Assembly (NCBI GenBank): GCA_026391675.1
Contig: JAPLDQ010000021.1
Span: forward strand, 94,060-158,059
Origin: Bacteroidota bacterium
Lineage (GTDB): Bacteria > Bacteroidota > Bacteroidia > Bacteroidales > JACABE01
Direction of reading: 5' to 3'
DNA: 64,000 nucleotides
The notes beneath the pieces were generated by a model that was not told where the DNA came from, ran no database searches, and saw nothing but the letters and a program-made list of their open reading frames with translations. Every line of letters starts with the position of its first letter. Positions within the stretch are counted from its first letter, which is position 1. Of this stretch, positions 18,647-29,816 are shown piece after piece. A program made the position numbers and the translations under genes.

Positions 18647-19579
18647 TTATCTTGAAACCACCAATTTCTTAAATTGCTTTTTGCCTTTAAACTCAATTGA
18701 ATAATAGTAAATTCCATTGGGCAATGCGCTGACATCCAAAGCGAAATTATTCTTGCCTGTTTCTGCCTTTACTGTTTTAATCCATACTTTTTCTCCTAGC
18801 AGATTGATGAGTTCAAATTTTACATTTCCGGAGGTTGTGAGCATATATTCAATATTTGTTTTGGCTGAAGCCGGATTAGGCGTATTTTGTGACAATAAAA
18901 AGGAATTATTATTGATATCATTGATACCAGTTCCGATTGTAATATTTATTGAAACTGGTGTTCCACTGCAATGTGAAACAGAATCATAGGCATATACAGT
19001 TAAAATACCAGATTGAGCACCAACACCAAAACTTAAAATTGCGGTAGTATCAGCAGCGTTTATACTAATGCCATTGCTTGGTAAATAAGTCCAAACTAAA
19101 TTTGTTATTCCAAACCATTGCATTTGGGAACTATAACTAATAATTGATCCGTTACTAACATTATTAGGTCCATTAATAAACGAAGGACTATAAATTTCTC
19201 TTATTTGAACAGATTTGCATACAGTATCATTAAATATATATGAATCATTCGTTAATTCAGTATATACACAAAAACTAATTGAGACTCCATTTGGAGATAA
19301 CATTGGATTAAGAAATGTATAATCAACTGAATCACCTGCTAATAAAACTCCTGTCCAAATCTCTGTAATGGGTGTATAATAACCTTTTTTAAATGTTATA
19401 GGAATTGAAGTTTGTGTTTGAGTCCCAAAATTTTTAATTCTTACTTTAATGTAATTAGGAACTGGATTACAAACATATAAAACAGGTTCAATTATTTTTA
19501 TTATCCCAACATCATTAACTTGTGCCATTAAAGATGTTGAAAAGATTATGCTGATGAAAAATAAGTAGATTTTCTTCAT
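18647..19579 (-). CDS. secreted protein with a T9SS C-terminal sorting domain
   Basis: Signal peptide. The C-terminus reads ..QNTPNPASAKTNIEY...GIYYYSIEF... Confidence 0.75.
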   Translation of the reverse strand: MKKIYLFFISIIFSTSLMAQVNDVGIIKIIEPVLYVCNPVPNYIKVRIKNFGTQTQTSIPITFKKGYYTPITEIWTGVLLAGDSVDYTFLNPMLSPNGVSISFCVYTELTNDSYIFNDTVCKSVQIREIYSPSFINGPNNVSNGSIISYSSQMQWFGITNLVWTYLPSNGISINAADTTAILSFGVGAQSGILTVYAYDSVSHCSGTPVSINITIGTGINDINNNSFLLSQNTPNPASAKTNIEYMLTTSGNVKFELINLLGEKVWIKTVKAETGKNNFALDVSALPNGIYYYSIEFKGKKQFKKLVVSR

Positions 19580-19723
19580 AGTTTATACATTTAATTATGT
19601 TGTTTAGTATATAGACGCATTTTTCAGCAAATAGTTGGAATTTTAATCGAGTATTTTGCATTCTACAGATAAAATAGATATTTAAAAGTTTTAATATCCT
19701 ATAAAAAATATTAAAACAATTTA

Positions 19724-20512
19724 TTAGTGTGACGACATTGAGATACAACTCTTTCTTTTGGTGATTTCATACAATTCCGCGGGAGACATATAAAATTTAA
19801 TAAGTTTCCTTTTATAGGCCTTTTTAATTTTATCAGTATCCATACATAGCTGAACACCTTCTATTAATTCACAACCCAGACAATGATGAATAGCCGTGGA
19901 GTCAGCTATATATTCAGCTTTTCTTTTGTAATTGTTAAATGTTATATAACGTAAACCATAAAATAACATCCCAATATTAGTACGGTCCTTGTAATCCAGT
20001 ATATGTGCTATTTCATGACTGTACCAGCCGATAAGCATGCTAAAACTTAGGTCTTTGTATGAAATCCCGTTTCTTTTAATGTTTTTGTTTATGTAGATAT
20101 TATATATCCTTTTGTGTTTTGACTTGAAAAGGGAAACTGAAGGATATGATTCCATGGTTGATTTATGCAATCGTCTGAATTTTAACTTAATTACCACATC
20201 ATTTAATTCCGGGTATGCAGATCTTGCCAGTATAAATGCCTTATACAAAGAATCGTTTTTGGTATAGTCGAGTGTATTCATATATACTTTGCTGTCAATT
20301 TTAAAAAAAGCAAAATCCTGCAGTAATATTTTATTCTGACAAATTCTGTCAATACTCATCTTTTTATAATAAGAAGTATCATTTATTATTGCTTTTGTAT
20401 CATATTTCAATTGAGCGAATGAAATATGATATTCTGCAGTTGAAAATAGCAAAATGATTAATAAGGTTTTCATCCCTCTAGACAATAACAATTTTATAGC
20501 AGATGTTTTCAT
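19724..20512 (-). CDS. putative secreted zinc metallopeptidase (HExxH)
   Basis: Signal peptide and a single HEIAH motif (..WYSHEIAHILDY..). An alternative start lies at 20473. Confidence 0.45.
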   Translation of the reverse strand: MKTSAIKLLLSRGMKTLLIILLFSTAEYHISFAQLKYDTKAIINDTSYYKKMSIDRICQNKILLQDFAFFKIDSKVYMNTLDYTKNDSLYKAFILARSAYPELNDVVIKLKFRRLHKSTMESYPSVSLFKSKHKRIYNIYINKNIKRNGISYKDLSFSMLIGWYSHEIAHILDYKDRTNIGMLFYGLRYITFNNYKRKAEYIADSTAIHHCLGCELIEGVQLCMDTDKIKKAYKRKLIKFYMSPAELYEITKRKSCISMSSH

Positions 20513-20924
20513 GATTTTTTTATTTAAAGATTAAATAAATGATTGAATGTACATATTTTTATTTTAATTGATTTAAAACTTTTACAATTCTCAGTGTATT
20601 AAGCTATTTTGTTTTAAACAGTATGACACGAATGTTTTTAAGTTTTAAATTAAAATTTATTATCTTAAAGATTCAAAAAAAATAAAAAATGTTGCACATT
20701 AACAAAAAAAAATTATAAAAATAGATAATTTATTTTATTAAATTGTTATAACAATAACATTCTAGCTAATAACTTAATAACTATTAACCAACAACCAACT
20801 CATAATTCATAACTCATAACTTATAACTAAATCACACCGTTAACTTTTTTTTCACAACCTTTAACTGATTTATATGCTTATTTATCGCATTATTATTAAT
20901 TTTGTAGTATAAATATTAATACAC

Positions 20925-22403
20925 ATGAAAAAAATATACTTTTTCAGTATTTTTGTATGTTTATTGCTCTGTTATAATCCTTTACAGGCAAAAAAACTAC
21001 AGGTGGATTTGTCCTATTCCAGTTTCTATTCTCCTGAACATGGTCCTTATTTCGAAACCTACCTTTTGGTGTATGCAAAAAGTGTAAATTTTATCAAAAA
21101 CCAAAACGGCAAAAGTCAGGCTACTATTGAAATAACTATGCTATTCAAACAGAATGACAGTATCAAAGATTTTAAGAAATATGATTTAAAGAGTCAGGAA
21201 ATCAGTGATAGTAATTTTGTTAATTTTATCGACCAGCAACGCTTTGCACTGCCTAATGGTAATTATGTTTTTGAGTTGATTATTGCTGATAAAAACAGCG
21301 CAAATACTCCTTATAAGATATCACAGGAAGTAACTATCGACTTTCCTGCAAATCAGGTCAATATTTCCGGTGTGGAATTGATTGAATCATTTAAACCATC
21401 CACCACTGCAAGTATTATAACAAAAAGCGGATATGACCTTATTCCATGGCTTTCCGATTTTTATCCCGAAAATCTTAGTAAAATTACTTTCTATGCCGAA
21501 ATCTACAATACCGAAAAAATATTGGGCAAAGGTGAAGCCTTTTTATTAAGCTATTATATCGAATCTTTCGAATCGTTGAAACTACAGGCTAATCTCATAA
21601 AAATGAAGAGAGAACAATGTAAAATTGTTGATGTAGTTTTAGGTGAGTTTGATATTTCCAGACTGCCATCAGGTAATTATAATCTGGTAATAGAAGTTAA
21701 AGATAAAACTAATAAGATAGTTGCTGTAAACAAGGTTTTCTTCCAGCGTTCTAATCCTAGTATTCGCTTCGAGCTCAAAGATATTGCAGCATTGGCAGTA
21801 GAAGAAACCTTTGCAGGTAAATACACCAATAAGGATACATTGGCAGATTACATCAAATCATTATATCCTGTATCTACAGATCTTGAAAAAACATTTATCA
21901 ACGACCAGCTGCCCAAAGCTGATATAAGATTGATGCAGCAATATTTTTTAAATTTCTGGTTACAACGGAATAATATTGACCCTTTATATGAATGGCTTAT
22001 TTATTATAAGGAAGTTGAAAAAGTTAATGCTAAATACAGTACCAGAGTAAAAAAAGGATATGATACCGACAGGGGCAGGGTTTATCTGCAATATGGCCCG
22101 CCCAGTGATATTGCCAATAAGCCTTTTGATGTGGGAGTAGGGGTTGGTGATGAAGGTTATGGAACTGTTCCTTATGAAATCTGGCAATATTATAAATTGA
22201 AAAACCAATCCAATAAGAAATTTGTTTTTGCCAATCCAGACCTTGCTTCAAATGATTATACCCTGATACATTCTGATGCAATTGGAGAAATTAGTAATCC
22301 TAACTGGAGAAGTAAGCTTTCCAGACAAACAGATGTCTATCAGGAAGAAAATACAAAATGGGATCAGGGCAAAGCCGGAGAATTGTATAAAAATCCGCAC
22401 TAA
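20925..22403 (+). CDS. GWxTD domain-containing protein
   Basis: Signal peptide. The C-terminal ..KKGYDTDRGRVYLQYGPPSDI.. matches the GWxTD(R)G..Y..GxP signature. Confidence 0.7.
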   Translation: MKKIYFFSIFVCLLLCYNPLQAKKLQVDLSYSSFYSPEHGPYFETYLLVYAKSVNFIKNQNGKSQATIEITMLFKQNDSIKDFKKYDLKSQEISDSNFVNFIDQQRFALPNGNYVFELIIADKNSANTPYKISQEVTIDFPANQVNISGVELIESFKPSTTASIITKSGYDLIPWLSDFYPENLSKITFYAEIYNTEKILGKGEAFLLSYYIESFESLKLQANLIKMKREQCKIVDVVLGEFDISRLPSGNYNLVIEVKDKTNKIVAVNKVFFQRSNPSIRFELKDIAALAVEETFAGKYTNKDTLADYIKSLYPVSTDLEKTFINDQLPKADIRLMQQYFLNFWLQRNNIDPLYEWLIYYKEVEKVNAKYSTRVKKGYDTDRGRVYLQYGPPSDIANKPFDVGVGVGDEGYGTVPYEIWQYYKLKNQSNKKFVFANPDLASNDYTLIHSDAIGEISNPNWRSKLSRQTDVYQEENTKWDQGKAGELYKNPH

Positions 22404-22431
22404 TAAATATTTTTTCCAATTGTTTATCCAA

Positions 22432-22466
22432 AAAATAGCTCGTTATTCAAATAATGAGCTATTTTT
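22432..22466 (+). terminator. hairpin AAAATAGCTC...GAGCTATTTT downstream of the GWxTD gene, overlapping a TATTTTTG -7 box for the next gene
   Basis: The 10-bp perfect stem was seen directly in the sequence. Confidence 0.5.
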
Positions 22467-22496
22467 GTAAATGAAAACGCATGCTTATATAAATAA

Positions 22497-23372
22497 ATGA
22501 AAAGATTAGGTTTTATTTTCTTTTTAATTTTCGAAAGATTATTAGCTGTATTACCCTTTGCGGTATTATATAAAATAGCTGATTTTGTTTACTTTTTGCT
22601 CTATTATGTAATAAAATACAGAAAAGACGTTATTTATACCAATCTTAAAAATGCATTTCCACTAAAATCTGAAGCGGAGATTGATCAATTAAGAAAGAAA
22701 TATACAAAAATAATGGCTGATTTAATTATAGAATCTCTTAAGGCTCCATATTTGAGTAAAAAATCAATATTATCAAGGTTTACATTTAATAATATTGATA
22801 TTTTAGATCATCTTTATTGTAAAAATAAGTCACTATTTGTAGTATGTGGTCATACAGGAAGCTGGGAATTAGCAGGTATGATTTTCCCTTTAATTACAAA
22901 GTATAAAATTTATGGCATCTACCAGCCTCAGTCCAATCCTTATTTTGATAAACATATCAAAAAGATCAGAAGTACTTTTGGCTTATATCCTGTGACTTCG
23001 CAACAGGCTTATAAAACATTTATCCGTGAAAAAGAGAATCTGATTCTGAGTATTATTGTTGCTGATCAGGCTCCGCCAAAAAATGGAGATCATTACTGGA
23101 CAAATTTTCTAAACCAGGAAACAGCTTTTTTTACCGGTTTGGAAAAAATGTCGAAATCGCTTGATTATGCTGTAGTTTTTTTAAGCATTATCAGAACAGA
23201 CAGAGGTAAATATTCCCTTGATTTTGAATTGCTAACTGAAACCCCAAAATTGACAACTTATGGTGAAATATCTGAAATGTATGTCAGATCACTCGAAAAT
23301 CTGATAAATCAATATCCTGAAAACTGGTTATGGTCACACAGAAGATGGAAACATAAACGAAATTTAAATTAA
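22497..23372 (+). CDS. lipid A biosynthesis (LpxL/HtrB-type) lysophospholipid acyltransferase family protein
   Basis: N-terminal membrane anchor, a GHTGSWELAG acyltransferase motif, and the family's usual length and C-terminal ..P..W.W.H.RWK. Confidence 0.7.
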   Translation: MKRLGFIFFLIFERLLAVLPFAVLYKIADFVYFLLYYVIKYRKDVIYTNLKNAFPLKSEAEIDQLRKKYTKIMADLIIESLKAPYLSKKSILSRFTFNNIDILDHLYCKNKSLFVVCGHTGSWELAGMIFPLITKYKIYGIYQPQSNPYFDKHIKKIRSTFGLYPVTSQQAYKTFIREKENLILSIIVADQAPPKNGDHYWTNFLNQETAFFTGLEKMSKSLDYAVVFLSIIRTDRGKYSLDFELLTETPKLTTYGEISEMYVRSLENLINQYPENWLWSHRRWKHKRNLN

Positions 23373-23375
23373 TTC

Positions 23376-24395
23376 ATGACAAAAACGGCAGTTGTTATAT
23401 TAAACTGGAACGGAAAGAAATTTCTGGAAAAATTTTTACCTTTTGTAATCAACTACAGCAGTGAAGATGCTGATGTTATTATTGCCGATAATGCATCATC
23501 TGACGATTCATTAGCTTTTATGCAAGCCACTTATCCTGAAATACGGATTATTAAAAATAATGAAAACGGAGGCTTTTCCAAAGGTTATAATGATGCTTTA
23601 GCTCAGGTTGATGCTGAATATTATGTATTACTTAATTCTGATATTGAAGTTACTGAAAACTGGATAAAACCGGTTATTAATTTAATGGATAGTGATGCAA
23701 GTATTGCCGTTTGTCAGCCCAAACTCCGTTCTTATGCTGAAAGGGAAAAATTTGAATATGCAGGTGCAGCTGGCGGATTTATTGATAAATATGGTTATCC
23801 TTTCTGTCGCGGACGATTATTCCAGTCATTAGAAACTGATAACGGTCAATATAATGACAGCTGTGAAATTTTCTGGGCTACAGGTGCTGCCATGTTTGTA
23901 AGAGCAGAACTTTACCATAAGTATGGTGGACTGGATAATGATTTTTTTGCTCACATGGAAGAAATTGATTTTTGCTGGCGCTTAAAAAATGAAGGCTTTA
24001 AAATTATGTATTGTGCTGATTCAGTTGTTTTTCACGTTGGAGGGGGGACTTTACCCAAAAATAATTCTCGTAAAACCTATCTGAATTTCCGTAATAATTT
24101 TTATTTATTGTTTAAAAATCTACCATCCAATCAATTGCTGAAAGTATTTATTATCCGTTTATTCATGGATGGTATTGCAGCTATAAAATTCATGAGCGAA
24201 GGTGGATTTAAGGATTTATGGGCAGTATTACGTGCTCATTTGAGTTTTTATGCTGCCATGAATAAAAACCTGAACAAAAGAAAACATATCAGCCATAAAG
24301 CTGTAAGCAAAATCTATAATAATAATATTGTATGGGATTATTATGCGAGGAGAAAAAGATTGTTTACTGAACTTAAATCAAAAAAATTCAGTTAA
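23376..24395 (+). CDS. glycosyltransferase family 2
   Basis: Starts ..AVVILNWNG.. and has ..IIADNASSDDS.., ..LLNSDIEV.. (DxD-like) and ..FFAHMEEIDFCWR.., a pattern typical of rhamnosyltransferase-like GT2 enzymes. Confidence 0.75.
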   Translation: MTKTAVVILNWNGKKFLEKFLPFVINYSSEDADVIIADNASSDDSLAFMQATYPEIRIIKNNENGGFSKGYNDALAQVDAEYYVLLNSDIEVTENWIKPVINLMDSDASIAVCQPKLRSYAEREKFEYAGAAGGFIDKYGYPFCRGRLFQSLETDNGQYNDSCEIFWATGAAMFVRAELYHKYGGLDNDFFAHMEEIDFCWRLKNEGFKIMYCADSVVFHVGGGTLPKNNSRKTYLNFRNNFYLLFKNLPSNQLLKVFIIRLFMDGIAAIKFMSEGGFKDLWAVLRAHLSFYAAMNKNLNKRKHISHKAVSKIYNNNIVWDYYARRKRLFTELKSKKFS

Positions 24396-24802
24396 TAACT
24401 TTGTAAAGCCATACGGTAGCCGTTTATTCCAAAACCGATAATACTGCCTTTGCAATTTGGAGCAATTAATGAAATATGGCGGTATTCCTCACGGGCAAAA
24501 ATATTTGATATATGAACTTCAACAACAGGAGTGGAAATTGATTTTACTGCATCTGCTATAGCAACAGAAGTATGTGTATAGCCACCTGCGTTCAGGATAA
24601 TACCATCATAAGAGAAACCCACTTCGTGCAATTTATTGATTATTTCACCTTCAACATTTGACTGGTAATAATCCATTGAAATTGCTGGAAATTCAGCTTT
24701 TAATGTTTCAAAAAAATCCTCAAAACTCGTATTTCCATATATTTCAGGTTCGCGTTTACCTAATAAATTAAGGTTTGGACCATTAATAATAATGATTTTC
24801 AT
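24392..24802 (-). CDS. aroQ: type II 3-dehydroquinate dehydratase
   Basis: MKIIIINGPNLNLLGKREPEIYG, ..NAGGYTHTSVA.. and ..EVHISNI... The start is taken at 24802. Confidence 0.9.
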   Translation of the reverse strand: MKIIIINGPNLNLLGKREPEIYGNTSFEDFFETLKAEFPAISMDYYQSNVEGEIINKLHEVGFSYDGIILNAGGYTHTSVAIADAVKSISTPVVEVHISNIFAREEYRHISLIAPNCKGSIIGFGINGYRMALQSY

Positions 24803-24812
24803 CTTTGTAAGA

Positions 24813-25472
24813 TTATTTGAAACTTGCAATTATTGTTTTTCCTCCGACTACTTTCTGATTGACAGATACATTTACTTTAACATCAAGCGGTAAAAACAAG
24901 TCAACCCTTGAACCGAATTTAATAAATCCCAATTCATTTCCCTGTATTGCTGTATCACCTGCTTTGGCATAGCAAACTATTCTGCGGGCAACAAAACCGG
25001 CAATTTGTCTTGTTAATATTTTAATACCGTTTTTGTTTTCAACAACTATGGTGGTTCTTTCGTTTTCTGTAGATGATTTTGGATGCCATGCAACCAGAAA
25101 TTTGCCGGGATGATATTTACTGAAAATAACATTACCATCCATTGAATATCTGTTTACATGCACATCGTTTGGCGACATAAAAACAGAAATTTGCAATCGT
25201 TTGTCTTTAAAATATTCCGTTTCTTCCACTTCTTCAATAACAACAACTTTACCATTAGCAGGACATAAGATATGATTATCATTCTTATCAACGGTAAATA
25301 AGGGAACCCTGAAAAAACGGATAATTAAAATGTAGAATATGCTTAAAACTCCTAAGGTGAAATAAAACAATATATTAAAATCCTGTAAGTATATCTTTTC
25401 CAGCATCATAATTGCCAGAAACAATAGGAATGAATACAGTAAAATCTTATAACCTTCTTTGTGTATTTTCAT
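24813..25472 (-). CDS. psd: phosphatidylserine decarboxylase proenzyme
   Basis: N-terminal TM helices, a ..FIKFGSRVDLFLP.. self-cleavage motif, and synteny with cdsA. Confidence 0.85.
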   Translation of the reverse strand: MKIHKEGYKILLYSFLLFLAIMMLEKIYLQDFNILFYFTLGVLSIFYILIIRFFRVPLFTVDKNDNHILCPANGKVVVIEEVEETEYFKDKRLQISVFMSPNDVHVNRYSMDGNVIFSKYHPGKFLVAWHPKSSTENERTTIVVENKNGIKILTRQIAGFVARRIVCYAKAGDTAIQGNELGFIKFGSRVDLFLPLDVKVNVSVNQKVVGGKTIIASFK

Positions 25473-25484
25473 AAGATGGTATTT

Positions 25485-26312
25485 TTATCGTAATAAATTA
25501 AGAATAATCAAATAAAAGAAAATAAATGGGACTGCAATGAATAAGGCATCCAATCTGTCCAGTATTCCTCCGTGTCCCGGTAAAATAGTCCCTGAATCCT
25601 TAATATTCAGACTTCTTTTAAACATAGATTCGGTTAAATCGCCCAAGGTACCAGATATTACAATAATTACAGACATTCCTAGCCATGCTGCCAATGAGAG
25701 TTCAATATAAAACAATGATAAAATATATCCGCCGATTAAGCTGAATATCAGTCCGCCAATGCTGCCTTCCCATGATTTCTTTGGTGAAATTCTTTCAAAA
25801 AGTCTGTTTTTTCCGAATTTTACCCCAACCAAATAGGCAAAAGTATCATTAGTCCATATCAATATGAAAGTGCCAAGTAATATTCCTTTATGATTAATAC
25901 CTGTTTCGAATCCTATATTCGGTAAAAAATTAAGTAAGGAAAGGGGTAAAGCAATGTAAAAAACACCCAATAGTGTGGTTGAAATATTAGTTAAAGGATG
26001 CAATTTATTTCGAAACAACTCAACTAAAAAAGGGAGAAATAGTAATGGAATGAGCAGATAAAACAAATAAAAATGAGTATTTGTAATAGCAACAATTGAA
26101 GAAATAACAAAAAGGAGAATTGAAATTGTTATGCCAATATATCGTTGAGGAATAATGGCTTCATTACAGATTATAGTATAGAATTCAATAATTCCTAAAA
26201 TGCAAAATGCTAAAAAAACAACGGAAAAGAAGATTGGATGAATTAAAATTGAAGCTATTATTAATATTACAAAAATAGCACCTGTAATGGTTCTTGTGGC
26301 AAAATTATTCAC
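25485..26312 (-). CDS. cdsA: phosphatidate cytidylyltransferase
   Basis: Polytopic membrane protein with the C-terminal CTP-transferase signature ..SMFKRS..KDSG..LPGHGGILDRLD... Confidence 0.9.
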   Translation of the reverse strand: MNNFATRTITGAIFVILIIASILIHPIFFSVVFLAFCILGIIEFYTIICNEAIIPQRYIGITISILLFVISSIVAITNTHFYLFYLLIPLLFLPFLVELFRNKLHPLTNISTTLLGVFYIALPLSLLNFLPNIGFETGINHKGILLGTFILIWTNDTFAYLVGVKFGKNRLFERISPKKSWEGSIGGLIFSLIGGYILSLFYIELSLAAWLGMSVIIVISGTLGDLTESMFKRSLNIKDSGTILPGHGGILDRLDALFIAVPFIFFYLIILNLLR

Positions 26313-26514
26313 TTTGATTATATTTAGAAATGAGCTGTTTTGCTTTCATTATATTGTCAATATGAACATACAATTCAATTTCTCCGATTAAATAGATTGA
26401 ATCCTGTTTGTTAAATATAAAGCATTCAATATCGTTTTCTGATAACATGCCATTAAGAAGTTCAATTTCATATAATTTAGTGGAGCTGAAAATGGGAGCC
26501 CAATTCTCATCCAT
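26305..26514 (-). CDS. DUF2007 (putative signal-transducing) small protein
   Basis: The 69-aa pattern ..YEIELLNGMLSENDIECFIFNKQDS.. is typical of DUF2007. Confidence 0.55.
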   Translation of the reverse strand: MDENWAPIFSSTKLYEIELLNGMLSENDIECFIFNKQDSIYLIGEIELYVHIDNIMKAKQLISKYNQSE

Positions 26515-26525
26515 AATATTATCTA

Positions 26526-27167
26526 TTAACTGTTGTCGTCAATTAAGAAAACATAAATTTCTTTAGGTCCGTGAGCACCCATAACAAGCGTTTTTTCAAT
26601 ATCAGCAGTACGGCTTGCACCTGTTACAAAAGTAATCATTGAAGGAATAGTTTCGTATTTGGTTCTGATCAGTTTTAATGCATGTTTCAGATCTTCCACC
26701 AATTGAGATGTATAAGCAACAACAATATGAATTTCAGGATATACATTCATTCTTCTTCCTGACAGCTGTTTAGATGAAATCATTACAGTCCCCAGGCGGG
26801 CAATCAGATATTCGCATTTTGTAATACCAACCTTCAGGCCTAAAAAATCTTCATCAGAAGAGGAAATTGCCAATTGGGATTTGTTAAGCAAACTGAGAAG
26901 TTCATTATCAATGCAGAACATATTTTCCCATTTTTTTTCAGAAGCCAGATCTTTAAAATTCTGAATAAAATCATTCTCATCGGCACTGAATACAAAATTG
27001 CCGCCAACAGCAATAAATGCTTCAGCAAAGGTAATATCCAATGGTTCTGTTATATCTTTATAAATGGATGATTCAAAATCAATATCAGGATATGGATTAT
27101 CTGATTTGTCTATTAAAGCATCTCTTACTTGTTTAAGTAATTTCTCTTTTGTGGTGCTTTCTTTCAT
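26526..27167 (-). CDS. LUD (LutC/YkgG-like) domain protein
   Basis: Its length and the C-terminal ..TGASRTADIEKTLVMGAHGPKE..V.L.. block are typical of the LUD family. Confidence 0.65.
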   Translation of the reverse strand: MKESTTKEKLLKQVRDALIDKSDNPYPDIDFESSIYKDITEPLDITFAEAFIAVGGNFVFSADENDFIQNFKDLASEKKWENMFCIDNELLSLLNKSQLAISSSDEDFLGLKVGITKCEYLIARLGTVMISSKQLSGRRMNVYPEIHIVVAYTSQLVEDLKHALKLIRTKYETIPSMITFVTGASRTADIEKTLVMGAHGPKEIYVFLIDDNS

Positions 27168-27207
27168 GCTAATATTAATTAAATCTCTGATTAATAAATA
27201 AATTTTA

Positions 27208-29313
27208 TTAACTGTTTTCTGGTAAAGCTTTTGGCTCTTCCGTTGCAGGAATTGCAGCAGCAGTGGAAGTTGAATTATAATTCTGGAACATCAGATCCAC
27301 TTCTTTATCTTTTTCAAATGGTCTTTTGCCAAAAATCAGTTCAAGATCTTCTCTGAAAATGACTTCTTTATCAATCAATACATTTGCCAGACTGTTTAAC
27401 TTTTCTTTATTTTCATTCAACAGTTTAACAGCACGCTGATAGGCTGTTTCAATTAATAAATGAATTTCCTGATCGATTAATTCTGCAGTTTTTTCGCTGT
27501 AAGGCTTTGAAAAACTATATTCCTGCTGACCTGATGAATCGTAATAACTGATATTTCCTATCTTTTCATTCAAACCAAAATAAACAACCATAGCATAAGC
27601 CTGCTTGGTTACCTTTTCAAGGTCATTTAAAGCCCCTGTGGAGATTTTTCCGAAAGTAACCTGTTCAGCTGCCCTTCCACCCAATGCGGCTGTTATTTCG
27701 TCCAGCATTTGTTCTGAAGTGGTAATCTGTCTTTCTTCAGGTAAATACCAGGCAGCACCTAAAGCTTTTCCTCTTGGTACTATGGTAACTTTAACCAGAG
27801 GATGAGCATGTTCCAGTAACCAGCTGATGGAAGCATGACCGGCTTCGTGGAAAGCAATTACTTTCTTTTCGTCGAGTGAGATGATTTTATTTCTCTTTTC
27901 CAAACCACCAACAATACGGTCAATGGCATCCAGAAAATCCTGTTTTTCAATAATTTTTTTACCTTTACGTGCTGCTATCAGGGCTGATTCGTTACAAACA
28001 TTGGCAATATCAGCGCCTGAAAAACCCGGTGTTTGTTTTGCAAGGAACTCAATATTTAACTCATGATCATATTTCAGATTGCGCATATGTACAGCAAAAA
28101 TAGCCTTGCGTTCTTCCAGATCAGGTAATTCAACATATATCTGACGATCGAAACGGCCGGCACGCATTAAGGCTTTATCAAGTATATCAGCACGGTTGGT
28201 GGCAGCCAGAATAATAACACCTGCATTGGTTGCAAAGCCATCCATTTCTGTTAATAACTGGTTTAAGGTATTTTCCCTTTCATCGTTACCGCCTGTGATT
28301 GCATTTTTACCACGGGCTCTGCCAATGGCATCAATTTCATCAATAAATATAATACATGGTGCTTTTTCCTTGGCTTGTTTAAAAAGATCACGAACCCTTG
28401 AAGCACCCACACCTACAAACATTTCTACAAAATCAGAACCTGAAATGGAGAAGAAAGGAACTTTGGCTTCACCGGCAACAGCTTTAGCCAGTAAAGTTTT
28501 CCCTGTTCCCGGAGGACCTACCAATAAAGCACCTTTTGGGATTTTACCGCCCAATTCAGTATATTTAGTGGGATTTTTAAGAAAGTCGACAATTTCAATA
28601 ATCTCAGTTTTGGCTTCTTCCAATCCTGCTACATCATGAAAATTAATGCTGACACTGGTATCCTTATCGAATAATTGAGCTTTAGATTTACCGATATTGA
28701 AAATTTGTCCGCCACCGCTGCCTTTTCCCATCATACGCATAAATACAATCCAGATAACAATAAGAATAAGGAAAGGCCATATAAAGCCGAATATTTCGCT
28801 GCCCCAGTCTCTGCGATTTTCAGGTGTTATAGGAAATGGGTCTGTATTAGTAATAATTTGCTTTTCAGCATCGGTTTTACCAATCGTATCACTGGCAATC
28901 ATTTTGGTCTTCAGACTCTCAATATCTTTTTGAAAACCATCCAATGTAATGAATTTATAAATATAAAAGGTCTTACCTTTAAATGCACTGCTAAAACCTT
29001 CAGGTTTAATTTTTTTGTAAGAAGTATCTTTAGCAACACTTTCAGTTTTTATATAAATTTCAGCAGATTCCTTGTTTACAATTACAATTTTTTCAATGTC
29101 TTTTTTTGCATATATTTTTTTAAGGACATTCCATGAAATTAATTTGTCTTCTTCCTTGAATGAACCGGTATTTGTGAATTGTAAGGCAATGAATATTACG
29201 AGAACAATCCCATAAATCCAATAAAAACTGAATTTAGGCTTTTTCGGCATGTTGAACATACCTTTTTTATCAGAACCCGGATTATTTTCCTGTTTATTAT
29301 TATTTTGTTCCAT
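27208..29313 (-). CDS. ftsH: ATP-dependent zinc metalloprotease FtsH
   Basis: Two TM helices, Walker A GPPGTGKT, Walker [10 protein letters not shown], an SRH region and the zinc site HEAGH. Confidence 0.95.
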   Translation of the reverse strand: MEQNNNKQENNPGSDKKGMFNMPKKPKFSFYWIYGIVLVIFIALQFTNTGSFKEEDKLISWNVLKKIYAKKDIEKIVIVNKESAEIYIKTESVAKDTSYKKIKPEGFSSAFKGKTFYIYKFITLDGFQKDIESLKTKMIASDTIGKTDAEKQIITNTDPFPITPENRRDWGSEIFGFIWPFLILIVIWIVFMRMMGKGSGGGQIFNIGKSKAQLFDKDTSVSINFHDVAGLEEAKTEIIEIVDFLKNPTKYTELGGKIPKGALLVGPPGTGKTLLAKAVAGEAKVPFFSISGSDFVEMFVGVGASRVRDLFKQAKEKAPCIIFIDEIDAIGRARGKNAITGGNDERENTLNQLLTEMDGFATNAGVIILAATNRADILDKALMRAGRFDRQIYVELPDLEERKAIFAVHMRNLKYDHELNIEFLAKQTPGFSGADIANVCNESALIAARKGKKIIEKQDFLDAIDRIVGGLEKRNKIISLDEKKVIAFHEAGHASISWLLEHAHPLVKVTIVPRGKALGAAWYLPEERQITTSEQMLDEITAALGGRAAEQVTFGKISTGALNDLEKVTKQAYAMVVYFGLNEKIGNISYYDSSGQQEYSFSKPYSEKTAELIDQEIHLLIETAYQRAVKLLNENKEKLNSLANVLIDKEVIFREDLELIFGKRPFEKDKEVDLMFQNYNSTSTAAAIPATEEPKALPENS

Positions 29314-29336
29314 TTATATCTTATTTCAAATATTGA

Positions 29337-29714
29337 TTAGTCAAGGTTTTCGATTATATTTATATCTGCATCGGCCCAGAGTTTTTCCAGCTGATAAAAC
29401 TCGCGTGATTCTTTCTGAAAAATATGAACGACTACATCAAAATAATCGAGTAATATCCATTCCGAATTAATAAAACCTTCTTTGAAACGGGGATAAGACC
29501 CTGTTATTTTTTTAACCTCTTCCTGAACAGAATCGGCAATAGCTTCAGTTTGAGGACGTGAAGTCCCATTACAAATTATAAAATAATCAGACATACTATT
29601 GTGCAACTTGCTTAAGTTCATTACAGTAATATCTTTCCCTTTTTTTTCCTGAATTCCTTTTACAATAATTTCGGCAAGCATTGCCGAAGTTGAGTTAATT
29701 TTCTTTTTTGCCAT
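29337..29714 (-). CDS. rsfS: ribosome silencing factor
   Basis: The 125-aa pattern ..DYFIICNGTS..Q..AIAD.. ..W.LLDY.DVVVHIF is typical of the RsfS/iojap family. Confidence 0.85.
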   Translation of the reverse strand: MAKKKINSTSAMLAEIIVKGIQEKKGKDITVMNLSKLHNSMSDYFIICNGTSRPQTEAIADSVQEEVKKITGSYPRFKEGFINSEWILLDYFDVVVHIFQKESREFYQLEKLWADADINIIENLD

Positions 29715-29816
29715 TAATTTTTGGTTACAATCTGCAAAATTACGCTTTTTAATAATACTATCTACTAATTTTAAAGGATAATTTTATTATTTTTACCAAC
29801 AAAACAAAGTGTATTT

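Noticed and set aside
28196-28639. 147-aa plus-strand ORF (and other 60-150 aa ORFs) inside ftsH
   Set aside because: It is antisense to a strongly supported gene and has no motifs. The same reasoning applies to 736..1152, 1652..2314, 31356..31652, 45943..46239, 63401..63881 and the other nested ORFs in the track.
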